NCBI GenBank assembly: GCA_965649765.1
Contig: OZ287752.1
Coordinates: 55,614,001 to 55,678,000, forward strand
DNA: 64,000 nucleotides
Source of the DNA: Bispira polyomma
Taxonomy: Eukaryota
Direction: 5' to 3'
Below the pieces are notes generated by a model that did not search any database, was not told the DNA's origin, and was given only the letters and a program-made list of their open reading frames with translations. A program made the position numbers and the translations under genes. Positions 14,064 to 28,161 of this stretch are shown here, one piece after another. The first letter of the stretch is position 1, and each line of letters opens with the position of its first letter.

Positions 14064-14900
14064 AATAATATAGCAAATTTATATAGCGCCTTATCCATTT
14101 ATAGAAATGCTCTAAAGTGCTTTACAATAAACATTGAGTAAATATAATTATATAATGACAATAAAAAGGTATACTGTTATTCCAAAGTTATTTGACATTT
14201 AATATATTTCATAAGCTATTGTGTAAATATGTGTTTCATTTGGAATTGAAGTACCCTAAGGTCTTAGCATAATCTTAGGTTTGACATTATCTGGCAAATC
14301 ATTCCATAATATAGCTGCTGATTTGTTGAAACAACTGTTTCCACTGGTTGCAGCGTGTGTTTTTGGTAAGACCAGTAGATCTTTTGTTTGGGATTGTAGG
14401 GATCATGATGGTTGATAACTTTGCACAATATCACTGAGGTATACAGGATCCAATCTTCTATGTGCACAGTTAGATCGTGTACCTGTACTGGAAGTCAATG
14501 TAAGTTGTAGAGAGCTGGTATGATGTAATCCTGATTACATGTGCGTGTTACAAGGTGATACAATTCTGTATTAGTTGAAGAAGACAGGTCAGTGTCTTGG
14601 GATTACCATGAATTAATGCATTTCCATAATCCAGACGATAGAACACCATTGCTTGAACCAGTGTTTTGCAGGCATGTTTTCTAATATACTTCAAGTATGA
14701 CTTTGATATGGCATTCACCTGTTTTTCCATTGTTAGGCCCTGTAAAAGAATACTTCAAGGGTTTTCACCGATTTAGCAGCCTGTATCCTACTTCATCCAA
14801 AATCAAGACAACGATCAGCAGTTTTCTTGATTTTATGCTTGGGAGCAAAAACTATCGCTCCTGTTTTATCCTGATTCATGCCAGTGCCTTTGATCCTATA
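14064..14900 (-). mobile_element. L2-clade LINE 3' fragment
   Basis: IRKHACKTLVQAMVFYRLDYGNALIHG...LQLIQNC; 3' end gtaaagcactttagagc...aaggcgctatataaat...tattatta. Confidence 0.85.
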
Positions 14901-16990
14901 CCAAATGAGTGCTTGAAATGCTTTGATAAAATATTGTAATCTGTAATGTTGAATGCGACAGACGGATCCACCATAACCAAACTTGCCATGTAATTTTGCT
15001 TCCATTGATTTACTCCCAGCTCTTTCTAATAATAGTTTATCATTCCACCACTCTTCCACATTATTTCAGTATTTTTCTTGTTTCCTACTACCACTGTTTT
15101 TTCACAAAACAGTGAAACATGCACTGTTAATTACCATACTTTAAAAGTAATTACAAAACATGACATTAGAAAGAACTTAATCAGAGTCATATTTGTAACA
15201 TTTTAATGTCTGAAACTAATGTAAAAACTTGTACATTTGTAAAAGTGTAAAGGGAGAATGAACAGTTGTTTTTTGTTTAATATCCAATTCAAAAGCAAAG
15301 CCCATTGGCTCATTGTCATGATAGTTAAGGTGTGAGGAGATTGTGATTGGTTGATCCTTGGTAAATAAACACAGTGATTGCCTTGACCTTAAACCCTTTA
15401 ATATTAGCCACTGACCTGCCATACAATAACCCCGAAGTTTGTATGTATAAGGATGTTGCCAGTCAATGTTGGCATCTTTAATAATGGCTGCTTATCTTCA
15501 AAACTGGAAGTTTTTATATATTTTTGGGTTTTGTCAGCTACTTTTGGCACAGTTAGTCTTCACATATAACTATATGTTCTGGTTTATTGGGTTTGACAAT
15601 TACAAATGCCGTTTGAAGAATATAAGTTGTTTACTAGTATTGTATATGTCTATCTGGGATTACCCACTACTTTTAGCTTGGTAGATTCGCTGAATTTTTG
15701 GCCTTTTCCTTTTTTCAGGGTTTTGTATTTTATCCACTTGCTCCAGTGTGCTCATTTGGTTAGATTTTAGTCATTGTTGGATATTTCAATGATGGTATGA
15801 TGAATGATGTATTTTTAATCACTCAATATCGATTATCTGTGTTCGTTGTACTTGTTTTTATCTAGCTCTTTTGGGTCACATGCATACATTATATATAGTT
15901 TTACTGTTTAGTTTTAATTTAGTACATATTCATCTGTGTTGATTGTATTTGTTTTATCTGGCTCTCTTGAGCCACATGAATACTTTTTATAAAATGCTAT
16001 TGTCTATTAATGATTCAGTAGATATTTTATTATTATCAGGTCATTTTATGGAGCTGAATGTAGACTTAGTCTGATATTGAGGTCAGCTGTTACCATACTG
16101 TTATATATTTTAGTGATAACATTAACAGCTTGGTTTGTAGACCTCTTTGTTATTGGGCGATTAATACTATAAGACAGAAGGACAAATTCCAACTGATTAC
16201 TTTGAGACTATAAACTTGGCCTGTACTATTTTGAGTCTTTTCTGTACCTATTACCTACCAATAAATCTGTAAAGGTTAGTCATATCTTTTGAGATCCTGT
16301 TTAGTATAATTCAATCCTCAGTTTTATCGATCAGTAAATCTTCAGCCTAATATAAATGCATCAAGTGCCATTTTATATCAACAACATACATTTTTTCAAT
16401 CACCATATAATACTTAGCCTATGCTGTCTTGCGTAAGACAAAAATCGAGCGACATTCGCTAAATTTTGTATCATTTTTGCCTGCTGGAATTTCTGTCAGT
16501 GGTACATGGGTAAACACAAATATAAACACAAACTCAGCTGTAAATACCCCAGTTCAGAGCAGTGGTCCTCAAGTTAGCCTACGCTTCCTATCAGCATGCT
16601 TTTTCTCGGCCGACGTCGGCTGACATTTTTTGCTCATTACACAATGCTACCAAGTGCTTCCTTTGATCACATTTGCAACAGATCAGATCGACGTCTGTTT
16701 GGCCAACATATTTTATCTGTTAGGGAGGTAAAAAATCAGGAGGACTGTCCAATTTTGAAGCGAAATAGGTATATAGGTTTCATCCTACATATACTCAATA
16801 TTTGTCGGATGTTAAAGTTGACATGGCATGAGAAATCTTATTTTATTGTGATTACTGTGCTTTTTTCCCCCAAAAAATCCGCTAAGAAACGGCTCAGATT
16901 TTAAAGTCTATAGATGGGTTAACTTTCCTTTCTATTGTGAATGGTACATCACAGCAACGTGATAATGACGTACGTTTTGTAGCTACGTCG

Positions 16991-17514
16991 GTTGTAGGGC
17001 TGGTATGGCCACCAATTCCAAGTTGGGGTCTCCTACCAGCTTCTTGGTGAGCCACAGGAAGGGCTTCTCAAAGTTGTAGTTACTCTTGGCACTGATGTCA
17101 TAGTACTGTAGGTTTTTTTTCCCTGTGGAACACTATGACTTTTGCCTTGAATTTTCTGTCTTTGATGTCCACCTTGTTGCAACATAAGACAATAGGGATG
17201 TTCTCACAGACTCTGACCAGGTCTGTGTGTCAGTTAGGCACGTTCTTGTATGTAATTCTTACCGTCACGTCAAACATGATGATTGCACAATGGCCTTGAA
17301 TATAGTAGCCATCCCTCAGACCTCCAAACTTCTTTTGGCCTGCTGTGTCCCACACATTAAACCTGATAGGTCCCCTGTTGGTGTGAAACAGTAGTGGATG
17401 AAGTTCTACTCCCAGTATGGCTATGTATTTCTTTTCAAACTCCTCTGTAACATGCCTTTTCCCAAACGTTGTTTTACCAACACCACCATCTATAATTAGT
17501 ACAAGTTTTGCCAT
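16991..17514 (-). pseudogene. RAN: Ran GTPase processed pseudogene, copy 1 (3'-truncated)
   Basis: Intronless GGVGKTT / [17 protein letters not shown] / NKVD / SAK; W>TGA at 17230-17232; ends at ALQP. Confidence 0.95.
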
Positions 17515-17922
17515 TTCAACCCATGGTAATAGTAAACTTTAAATGTTTTTTGGTGTTTGCCACTTTTGTAACACAAGATCATGTGAAATCACCAATAAGT
17601 TTTAATAACAACAAAATAATTATCCCTCTGGCGACCTATTAACCCACCCTTCTATTTACTAATAACTTCCAAATACGGAACCATAATATATTTATACCCG
17701 TAATAAAACGCAGGCTAAGATTATGGCTTTTGTGCAGCTTAAGAGTCCTAGTCTGGTTGAGTTGTTGGGTTGATGCTGCTCCATAAAGTAGTAGTAGTAC
17801 CCAATATAAACACCTTCAGAAGCAGCATCTAACCTGGGATGAGACTACGTGATGAGTGTGATGACAGCTGATACAGGGATAATATGTGTGTGTATATGGC
17901 GAAACAAAGTCTCCCTCAATGT

Positions 17923-18542
<620 letters not shown>

Positions 18543-18971
18543 TTTCAAGCCAGGGCGATAGTAAACTTTAAAAGTTTTTTTGGTGTTTGCCACTTTTGTA
18601 ACACAAGATCATGTGAAATCACCAATAAGTTTTAATAACAACATAATAATTCTCCCTCTGGCGACCCATTCACTCACCCTTTTTTGCTTCCCTTTCTGTT
18701 TTTATGCTTGTAAATGTTCTTCTGTTCTTGTTGTGTACACAGGAGATAAAACCAAAAACTAAATATTATGTTTATTTTCCCTTACATTATCAAAGGCTAT
18801 ACATGTCTGTGTAAATTTGTACTTTTTGATATTTTTAAAAACATAAGCTATCTGTGAGGTGCAGCTGTTTGTAAAGTCTATGTGAGAACGTTGCAACCTC
18901 TACCATCTCCACAGACTGTCTGAATTTGTTTTAAATAGGGGTAAACAACTTTTTTTCTAAAAAAAAGAGAA

Positions 18972-19242
18972 AACAAGATTCCACTGCATGCTGACCACCT
19001 TGCCACAAGATCTAAAAACAGTCACACAGAAACTCATGGCCTGCTGTACTTTACATAATATTATGCGGCTTAGGTATGCAGCTACATATCATGGAATTCA
19101 GGACGAAGATGATGAACACTGTCTTATACCAGGGCAATGGCTACAGGGCATGAACCTGCAGTACATGGATGATGTCATAGCGGGTAACAGGGACACAAAG
19201 ACACACAAAGAAGCAGAGGTTACATCTAATGCATTACTAATC
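18972..19242 (+). mobile_element. PIF/Harbinger transposase C-terminal fragment
   Basis: RFHCMLTT...MACCTLHNIMRLRY...DEDDEHCLIPGQW...GNRDT, typical of HARBI1-like DDE C-termini. Confidence 0.75.
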
Positions 19243-19510
19243 TGATGATCTGGGTGATGGCTGCACTGTTGAATATTCATCCTGAACTACTACCCTCAGG
19301 CCAGGGGATGGCAGAGACACACCCTGATCATGACCAATGACCCATTTGAAATGCTATCTGCAGCCTCTCAGTCTTCCTGAAATGTACAGGCAGCAACCTA
19401 TGGCTGTCAGGGAGGAAATAAAATATCAGAGGGACTGAGGGAATGACAGAGAGACACACAGCCTCAGTCTCACAAACTAAGATGTATTTTTAAAGAAAAT
19501 ACGATGTTAT

Positions 19511-19707
19511 ATAAATTGACCTTGTAGATATATTTTGATATAAGTTTGATGAAGTTAGTTGGGAATGATGTGATGCAGTTTGGAGTACCTTTATTTACAA
19601 TTTAGAATAGGCTCATAAATTGATCTTGTAGATATATTTTGATATAAGTTTGACGAAATTAGTTGAGAAAGATGTGATGCAGTTTGGAGTATCTTTATTT
19701 ACAATTA
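19511..19707. repeat. Two-copy direct repeat, ~105-bp period
   Basis: ataaattgaccttgtagatatattttgatataagtttga...tttatttacaatt at 19511 and ~19615. Confidence 0.85.
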
Positions 19708-20189
19708 AATTTTTACATTTTATAAAGGCGACTATGGCTATGATTTGTCCTATAAAAAGAGAATAACATGTAATAGAAAAGTATAACAATCCAGCATAAA
19801 TCACACATAACAGAGCGAAAAATGTATAAAACATCTGATAATAGATAAGAAATTATCTGTCCCATAAAAGCGACATAACATATAGTGAAAAAGTATGCTA
19901 CTCTGGCATAAATGACCCAAAAAGGACTGTCATTATATCAAATAGTAAAACAGACTAATAAGCACATTAAAAGTTACAGATAAAAATAATACAATACATC
20001 TTGAGTTAAGCCACGCGTGGTATATGTGCATTGGCCTCAAGTATGTTAATAACTGGCTTAAACATAATGTGCTCTTGAGATACACATAATACATGACATA
20101 ATACACATACATCTAATAACCAAGAGAAAGTTCGCTTAAAAATATGTATATAAAAAATTTAAAACATTTGTAGAAAATTAAAGTAGACA

Positions 20190-20561
20190 TGGGTACGTCA
20201 AAGCCGGGAGCCTTTGACACCAACACGCCTAGCAACGTCTGGTCAAACCCTGCAGGGCTCCTAATTCTCTTGGCAGCCACACCAGGAGCACAAAGATCGA
20301 CCGTGATACATGTCCCGACTGAAACGCATCCATGTCCACAATGATAGACTATAGATTTCTTATGTATTGGGAGGTTGGGAGGAAAATTTTTTGCCTTGTG
20401 TACCCCTTGGCTTTGGGTTTCAGTGTGAAGAATAGGCTCAATGCGGCTGATCATGGTGTTTTCTGGAGCACCTCAGCTCAATGGCCCCTTCTCATGCTTG
20501 TTTGACGTCAGCTTTCCGTACCTTGTACGCATGCCCTTAAACAAGACTTGCAATCCCTCCA
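20190..20561 (-). mobile_element. Possible Myb/MADF-like accessory-gene exon of a Harbinger element (decayed)
   Basis: ctttttcag acceptor then VEGLQVLFKGMRTRYGKLTSNK, resembling the last MADF helix; in-frame stop follows; near the transposase fragment. Confidence 0.4.
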
Positions 20562-20929
20562 CTGAAAAAGATGTAAGTGGCACCGTGAAGTACTTTTTGA
20601 CTTTTAATATACATGTACAATGAGAGACGTATAAGTAGATATTTCTAAAGAGTTTCGTATACAAATATTTTTATAATTCAGAGATTTGGCCACAGATATA
20701 ATTACACATGTACATCCATTTATACATTCATACAGATAAACATTCAGATTATATCAGTGTTCATACAAAAAGACTCAAGCTCAGTGCTTCAGGGTGGATG
20801 GCAGAACAATTTGAGACCCAAGGGGAAAAGTTTACATGATAACTTAAAACGATAGAAAACAGATTGCGGTAAAATATATTTATTAGAATAATTGAGCTAC
20901 TGGTACTTTTTAAAGTTTTGTTATGGGTA

Positions 20930-21650
20930 TAACGTAACTTTAAAATCAGGTAAGCCTCACCATAAGGTGAGGTGTAAGACCACTTTAAAGTGATGGTGAC
21001 CGTTGGAGATTAAGGTCACCCTAAATTAAGGTGTGAAAAACCACCTTGAGGTTGTGATTAAAGGTGACCAATGGAGATTGAGGTCACCCAAACTTCAGGT
21101 GTGAGGCAATCTTAGCCTAAATTAGTTAATGAAAAGTGAGGGTTTGAATTCAAGAGAATTAAGAAGCCGAAATGAGTACATTTTGTAGCACTTGACTGCA
21201 AGGGGACCTTTTGCCCAGAGACAGTAGAAGTTTAGTTACTGTTTAACTTTTTGTGTGACCACATATATTATGTATGGTATATATATGTTTGCATTCAATA
21301 CATTTACTGATATTATACCATTTAAAGTTAATATTGTTTATAAAAAATAGACAATGAAGCATGTCAGCCGACCAAACACCATATTGACTAGGAGGTATGT
21401 TGTAGGGCAGCTTTAAACGAATGTGCCACCTGAGAGCCAGCGTGTGCAGAATCAGTGATGTAACGTCAAACACAATCAGACGTCCAGGTGCCATGCCTTC
21501 AAATGTCCTGTAAGGGTACATTATTATTAAAAGCAAAGGTGGCCCCTAAACGTCGGAAAGCGTAAAAAGGGAAGACTGAGCCAAACCCAATGACTGTAAC
21601 AAATTAATCCAGACCCCAGCAAGCTTAAACTGAAACAAGGAAAGGTTTTT
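20930..21650 (-). mobile_element. 3' remnant of YR retrotransposon Eb
   Basis: 21388-21650 encodes AFRRLGATFAFNNNVPLQDI*RHGTWTSDCV*RYITD, followed by an aaggtcacc-rich 3' region like those of Ec and E2; cut off at the satellite edge. Confidence 0.85.
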
Positions 21651-22324
21651 CCCCATAGGGGTCAAAGTTAATACATACTAACATACTTAACTTGCAGACA
21701 TTACACGAAGCATAGCATCATTTTTCGGCTGGAACCCTCAAATTCCTTAGAAAGGGTTTCATAATTAAGAGTCTCCATGTGCATTTTCAGAAGAGACTTA
21801 ATGGACCTCCATGGAACACACTTAATTTAGTTATTTTAGAATTTTTCTTCTCAAACTACTAAACATTGCATTTAACAAAGCTAAGGGATTAGTATATCCT
21901 GTTATTGTTTTTCTTTCAGTCATTAGTCCTGATTTGGTTGCTGGGGATGCATTTCAAGGTCAACATAGAGAAGAACTAAAATAACCATTAGTTTAATTTT
22001 CTTCTGATTTATACTCGCATACTTACCTTCCAGACATTGCAGGAAACATAGCATGTCATGATTTTTGGGTTTAACCCTACAATACATCTAAAATGGTTTC
22101 ATATTGAGGCTTCTTCATGTACATTTCCATGATCGCCCAAAATAAGCTCCATGTAACACAATTCATTTAGATATATAATAATTTTTCTCCTCAAACTACT
22201 AAACATTACATTGAAGAAAGCATTTGGCTAAGGGATTAGTATATCCAGTTATTGTTTTTACTTCAGTCATTAGTCTTAATTTAATTGCTGGTGATGCATT
22301 TCAAGCTCAACATAGACAAGGAAT

Positions 22325-22405
22325 TTTTGATTAATGTTTTGGGTTTGTTGCGCCTTAGAATTTGTTGTACAAAGATTATGCGCTATAAAAGTAGGACTAG
22401 ATTAG
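22325..22405 (+). mobile_element. 5'-truncated retroelement 3' tail inserted in the satellite
   Basis: gcgccttagaa...gcgctataaaag...ctagattag flanked by TSD AAGGAAT (22318-22324, 22406-22412); second copy at 44903-44990. Confidence 0.75.
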
Positions 22406-22957
22406 AAGGAATATAGCTAATCATTAGTTTCATTTTCTTATTGGGTTGTAACCCTCCAATACTTAGGTAATGGTTTCATGTGTAAGCTTCTCCATTTGCA
22501 TTTGCATGATAGCCTAAAGAAGCTCCATGGAACACAATTAAGTTAGTTAGTTTAGAATTTTGCTTTTCAAACTACCAAACAAATATTGCGTTGAAAAAAG
22601 TATTTTGCTAATGGATTGCTATCTCCTGTTACCTTTTTTCCCTTTTGTCATTATTCTTGATTTGGTTGCTGGTGATGCATTTCAAGGTCAACATAGAGAA
22701 GAACTATAGCTAATAATTAGTTTAATTTTCATGTGATTTATACTCAGATACTGGAACATACTTCTTGTAAATATTGTCATTTCTGTGGTGTAAGTGTTTT
22801 TTTTAGATGCATACATATACATACAACAGATTAAATTTATCATACAATATAAAGACATGGTTGTTTTTCGGATGAATGCTGAGATCACCAGTAGAGAAAA
22901 CATATCACAGTTTCATATTGCCTTTGTCGGATGAATCCACCTTTTGATTAAATTAAG

Positions 22958-23357
22958 CTACCATCTTACACTACTCCCTAAACAAAATGGTTCTTCATTT
23001 ACCTTGGTAGCGCATTTCTTAAGGTTTGCAATACTTGCGGCTCCTAGTTGGTGAAGGATACCAGGCAGTATCTCCGTAATTTGTTTGTTCTCTGCTTGGC
23101 CAGTCACAGCAAAGGTTTTGGCTGCCAATCATGCTTGAACTTTAGGATTATTAAAATGGATAACTTGTCCATCTACCTTCATGAAATTTACCTCTTCTAT
23201 CCCTAATATTGTGTTGACACTAAGTTTTTTGAGAGCACTCTGAAGGTTTTTGTCATCAGTTGTGGCTGTTCTGAGCACAACCTTTTTTTCTGTGAGCAGA
23301 TCCCTTCCCTCCTATTCTCACTTGTGCTTGAAGTTGTTTTAGTTTTTCAACATTCAT
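22958..23357 (-). pseudogene. BTF3: BTF3/NAC-beta retro-pseudogene copy 1
   Basis: [25 protein letters not shown], frameshift, [20 protein letters not shown]...HFNNPKVQA*; no introns; extra TCA>TGA at 23130. Confidence 0.92.
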
Positions 23358-25359
23358 GTTTCTTTGTTATCGTTTTATTTTTATAAATATACATAAGAAG
23401 TTTTGCAGACCAGAAAATAAAGCAGTTGGAAAAAAGAACAAGTGATTAAATGCAATTAATCTTGATTTGGTTGCTGGTGATGCATTTCAAGGTCAACGTA
23501 GACAAGTACTATAGATAACAATGAGTTTAATTTTCTTTAGATTTATACTAACATACTTACCTTAAAGACAGTGCATTAAACATAGCATGTCATCATTTTG
23601 GGTTTAACCTTCCAATACATCGAGAATAGTTTCATATTTAGTCTTCTTCATGTGTATTTCTAGGAAAGCCTAGAAAAGATCCCTGGAACAAAATAAATCT
23701 AGTTATGTTAAAATTTTTCATCTCAAATTACCAAACAAACATTGAAATAAACAAAGCATTTTGCTAAGGGATTGGTTTCTCCTGTTATCGTTTTCTTTTT
23801 CTGTCATTATTCTTGATTTCGTTCCTGATGATGGATTTGAAGATCAACATTGAGAAGAACTGTGGCTAATTATTACTTTAATTTCCTTGTGATTGATACT
23901 TACATACTTAGATTACAGACACTGCATGAAACATAACATGTCATCATTTTGGGGTTTACCCCTTAAATACATCGAGAATGCTGTCATATTAAGGCTTCTC
24001 CATTTGAATTTGCAGGATAGCCTAAATAAGTTCCATTAAACACAATTATTTTAGTTATTTTATAATTTTTCTTGTCAAACTACCAAACATTGCATTGACC
24101 ATAGTATGAGGCTAAAGGATTGCTATCTCCTGTTAGGGTTTTCTCTTTTTGTGATTATTCTTTATTTAGTTTCTGGTGTTGCATTTTAAGGTCAACATGG
24201 TGAAGTACTATAGCTAATCATTACTTTAATTTCCTTGTTTTTCATAGTCACACACTTAACTTACAGACATTTTCTTCTCAAACTACCAAACATTGCATTG
24301 AACAAAGCATGTAGCCAAGGGATTGCTATCTCCTGCTATTGTTTTATCTTTCTGTCATTATTCTTGATTTGGTTCCTGGTGATGCATTTCAAGTTTAACA
24401 TAGATAACAACTATAGCGAATAATTAGTTTTATTTTCTTGTGATTGTTACTTACATACTTACCTTACAGACATTGCAGGAAACATAGCATGTCATGATTT
24501 TTGTGTTTAACCCTTTAACACTTCGAGAGTGGTTTTATATTTAAGCTTCTCCATGTGCATTTCCAGAATAGCCTAAAGAAGCTCCATGGAACACAATTTA
24601 TATAGTTATTTCAGATTTTTTTTCTCAGACTATCAAACATTGCATTGAACAATGCATGTGACTAATGGGTTGCTATCTTCTGTCATCGTTTTCTCTTCTG
24701 TCATTATTCTTGATTTGGTTCCTGGTTATGGATTTGAAGGTCAAATAGAGAAGAACTACAGCTAAAAATTACTTTAATTTTGTTGTGATTGATACTTACA
24801 TTCTTAGCTTACAGACATTGCATGGAACATAGCATGTCATCATTTTGGGGTTTACCTCTCCAATGCATCAAGAATGCTGTCTAAAGCTATTTAAGCTTCT
24901 CCATTTGCATTTGTGGGATAGCCTAAAGAAGCTCCATGGAACACAATTAATTTAGTTAGTTTAAAATTTTGCTTCTCAAACTACCACACAAATATTGCAT
25001 TGAAAAAATATTGATATGGATTGCTATATCCTGTTACCGTTTTCTCTTTCTGTGATTATTCTTGATTTAGTTTCTGGTGATGCATTTTAAGGTCAACATA
25101 GAGAAGAACAAAAGCTAAGAATTAGTTTAATTTTCCTGTGATTTACTCAGATATTGGAACATACTTCTTGTAAAAATTATCATTTCTGTGTCGTAAGTGT
25201 TTTTTTAAATGTATACATATATATACAACAGATTAAATTTATCATACAATATAAAGACATGGTTGTTTTTCGGATGAATGCTGAGATCACCAGTAGAGAA
25301 AACATATCACAGTTTCATATTGCCTTTGTCGGATGAATCCACCTTTTGATTAAATTAAG

Positions 25360-25759
25360 CTACCATCTTACACTACTCCCTAAACAAAATGGTTCTTCAT
25401 TTACCTTGGTAGCGCATTTCTTAAGGTTTGCAATACTTGCGGCTCCTAGTTGGTGAAGGATACCAGGCAGTATCTCCGTAATTTGTTTGTTCTCTGCTTG
25501 GCCAGTCACAGCAAAGGTTTTGGCTGCCAATGATGCTTGAACTTTAGGATTATTAAAATGGATAACTTGTCCATCTACCTTCATGAAATTTACCTCTTCT
25601 ATCCCTAATATTGTGTTGACACTAAGTTTTTTGAGAGCACTCTGAAGGTTTTTGTCATCAGTTGTGGCTGTTCTGAGCACAACCTTTTTTTCTGTGAGCA
25701 GATCCCTTCCCTCCTATTCTCACTTGTGCTTGAAGTTGTTTTAGTTTTTCAACATTCAT
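25360..25759 (-). pseudogene. BTF3: BTF3 retro-pseudogene copy 2
   Basis: NAC domain [27 protein letters not shown]; shared A-run frameshift; acidic C-terminus absent. Confidence 0.92.
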
Positions 25760-27761
25760 GTTTCTTTGTTATCGTTTTATTTTTATAAATATACATAAGA
25801 AGTTTTGCAGACCAGAAAATAAAGCAGTTGGAAAAAAGAACAAGTGATTAAATGCAATTAATCTTGATTTGGTTGCTGGTGATGCATTTCAAGGTCAACG
25901 TAGACAAGTACTATAGATAACAATGAGTTTAATTTTCTTTAGATTTATACTAACATACTTACCTTAAAGACAGTGCATTAAACATAGCATGTCATCATTT
26001 TGGGTTTAACCTTCCAATACATCGAGAATAGTTTCATATTTAGTCTTCTTCATGTGTATTTCTAGGAAAGCCTAGAAAAGATCCCTGGAACAAAATAAAT
26101 CTAGTTATGTTAAAATTTTTCATCTCAAATTACCAAACAAACATTGAAATAAACAAAGCATTTTGCTAAGGGATTGGTTTCTCCTGTTATCGTTTTCTTT
26201 TTCTGTCATTATTCTTGATTTCGTTCCTGATGATGGATTTGAAGATCAACATTGAGAAGAACTGTGGCTAATTATTACTTTAATTTCCTTGTGATTGATA
26301 CTTACATACTTAGATTACAGACACTGCATGAAACATAACATGTCATCATTTTGGGGTTTACCCCTTAAATACATCGAGAATGCTGTCATATTAAGGCTTC
26401 TCCATTTGAATTTGCAGGATAGCCTAAATAAGTTCCATTAAACACAATTATTTTAGTTATTTTATAATTTTTCTTGTCAAACTACCAAACATTGCATTGA
26501 CCATAGTATGAGGCTAAAGGATTGCTATCTCCTGTTAGGGTTTTCTCTTTTTGTGATTATTCTTTATTTAGTTTCTGGTGTTGCATTTTAAGGTCAACAT
26601 GGTGAAGTACTATAGCTAATCATTACTTTAATTTCCTTGTTTTTCATAGTCACACACTTAACTTACAGACATTTTCTTCTCAAACTACCAAACATTGCAT
26701 TGAACAAAGCATGTAGCCAAGGGATTGCTATCTCCTGCTATTGTTTTATCTTTCTGTCATTATTCTTGATTTGGTTCCTGGTGATGCATTTCAAGTTTAA
26801 CATAGATAACAACTATAGCGAATAATTAGTTTTATTTTCTTGTGATTGTTACTTACATACTTACCTTACAGACATTGCAGGAAACATAGCATGTCATGAT
26901 TTTTGTGTTTAACCCTTTAACACTTCGAGAGTGGTTTTATATTTAAGCTTCTCCATGTGCATTTCCAGAATAGCCTAAAGAAGCTCCATGGAACACAATT
27001 TATATAGTTATTTCAGATTTTTTTTCTCAGACTATCAAACATTGCATTGAACAATGCATGTGACTAATGGGTTGCTATCTTCTGTCATCGTTTTCTCTTC
27101 TGTCATTATTCTTGATTTGGTTCCTGGTTATGGATTTGAAGGTCAAATAGAGAAGAACTACAGCTAAAAATTACTTTAATTTTGTTGTGATTGATACTTA
27201 CATTCTTAGCTTACAGACATTGCATGGAACATAGCATGTCATCATTTTGGGGTTTACCTCTCCAATGCATCGAGAATGCTGTCTAAAGCTATTTAAGCTT
27301 CTCCATTTGCATTTGTGGGATAGCCTAAAGAAGCTCCATGGAACACAATTAATTTAGTTAGTTTAAAATTTTGCTTCTCAAACTACCACACAAATATTGC
27401 ATTGAAAAAATATTGATATGGATTGCTATATCCTGTTACCGTTTTCTCTTTCTGTGATTATTCTTGATTTAGTTTCTGGTGATGCATTTTAAGGTCAACA
27501 TAGAGAAGAACAAAAGCTAAGAATTAGTTTAATTTTCCTGTGATTTACTCAGATATTGGAACATACTTCTTGTAAAAATTATCATTTCTGTGTCGTAAGT
27601 GTTTTTTTAAATGTATACATATATATACAACAGATTAAATTTATCATACAATATAAAGACATGGTTGTTTTTCGGATGAATGCTGAGATCACCAGTAGAG
27701 AAAACATATCACAGTTTCATATTGCCTTTGTCGGATGAATCCACCTTTTGATTAAATTAAG

Positions 27762-28161
27762 CTACCATCTTACACTACTCCCTAAACAAAATGGTTCTTC
27801 ATTTACCTTGGTAGCGCGTTTCTTAAGGTTTGCAATACTTGCGGCTCCTAGTTGGTGAAGGATACCAGGCAGTATCTCCGTAATTTGTTTGTTCTCTGCT
27901 TGGCCAGTCACAGCAAAGGTTTTGGCTGCCAATGATGCTTGAACTTTAGGATTATTAAAATGGATAACTTGTCCATCTACCTTCATGAAATTTACCTCTT
28001 CTATCCCTAATATTGTGTTGACACTAAGTTTTTTGAGAGCACTCTGAAGGTTTTTGTCATCAGTTGTGGCTGTTCTGAGCACAACCTTTTTTTCTGTGAG
28101 CAGATCCCTTCCCTCCTATTCTCACTTGTGCTTGAAGTTGTTTTAGTTTTTCAACATTCAT
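27762..28161 (-). pseudogene. BTF3: BTF3 retro-pseudogene copy 3
   Basis: As copy 2, with the KKR allele. Confidence 0.92.

Noticed and set aside
20782-20800. cagtgcttcaggg as the exact CAG-core end of Eb
   Set aside because: Similarity to the E2 and Ec termini is too weak to call by eye.
23278-23295. A AAA AAA G in BTF3 as a programmed -1 frameshift that rescues the ORF
   Set aside because: Restoring the frame needs +1 or -2, not -1. A homopolymer deletion is simpler, and the C-terminus is also missing.
24235-25336. Recurrent 62-aa and 60-aa plus-strand ORFs in each repeat unit
   Set aside because: TTG starts, no recognisable domains; they recur only because the DNA is repeated.
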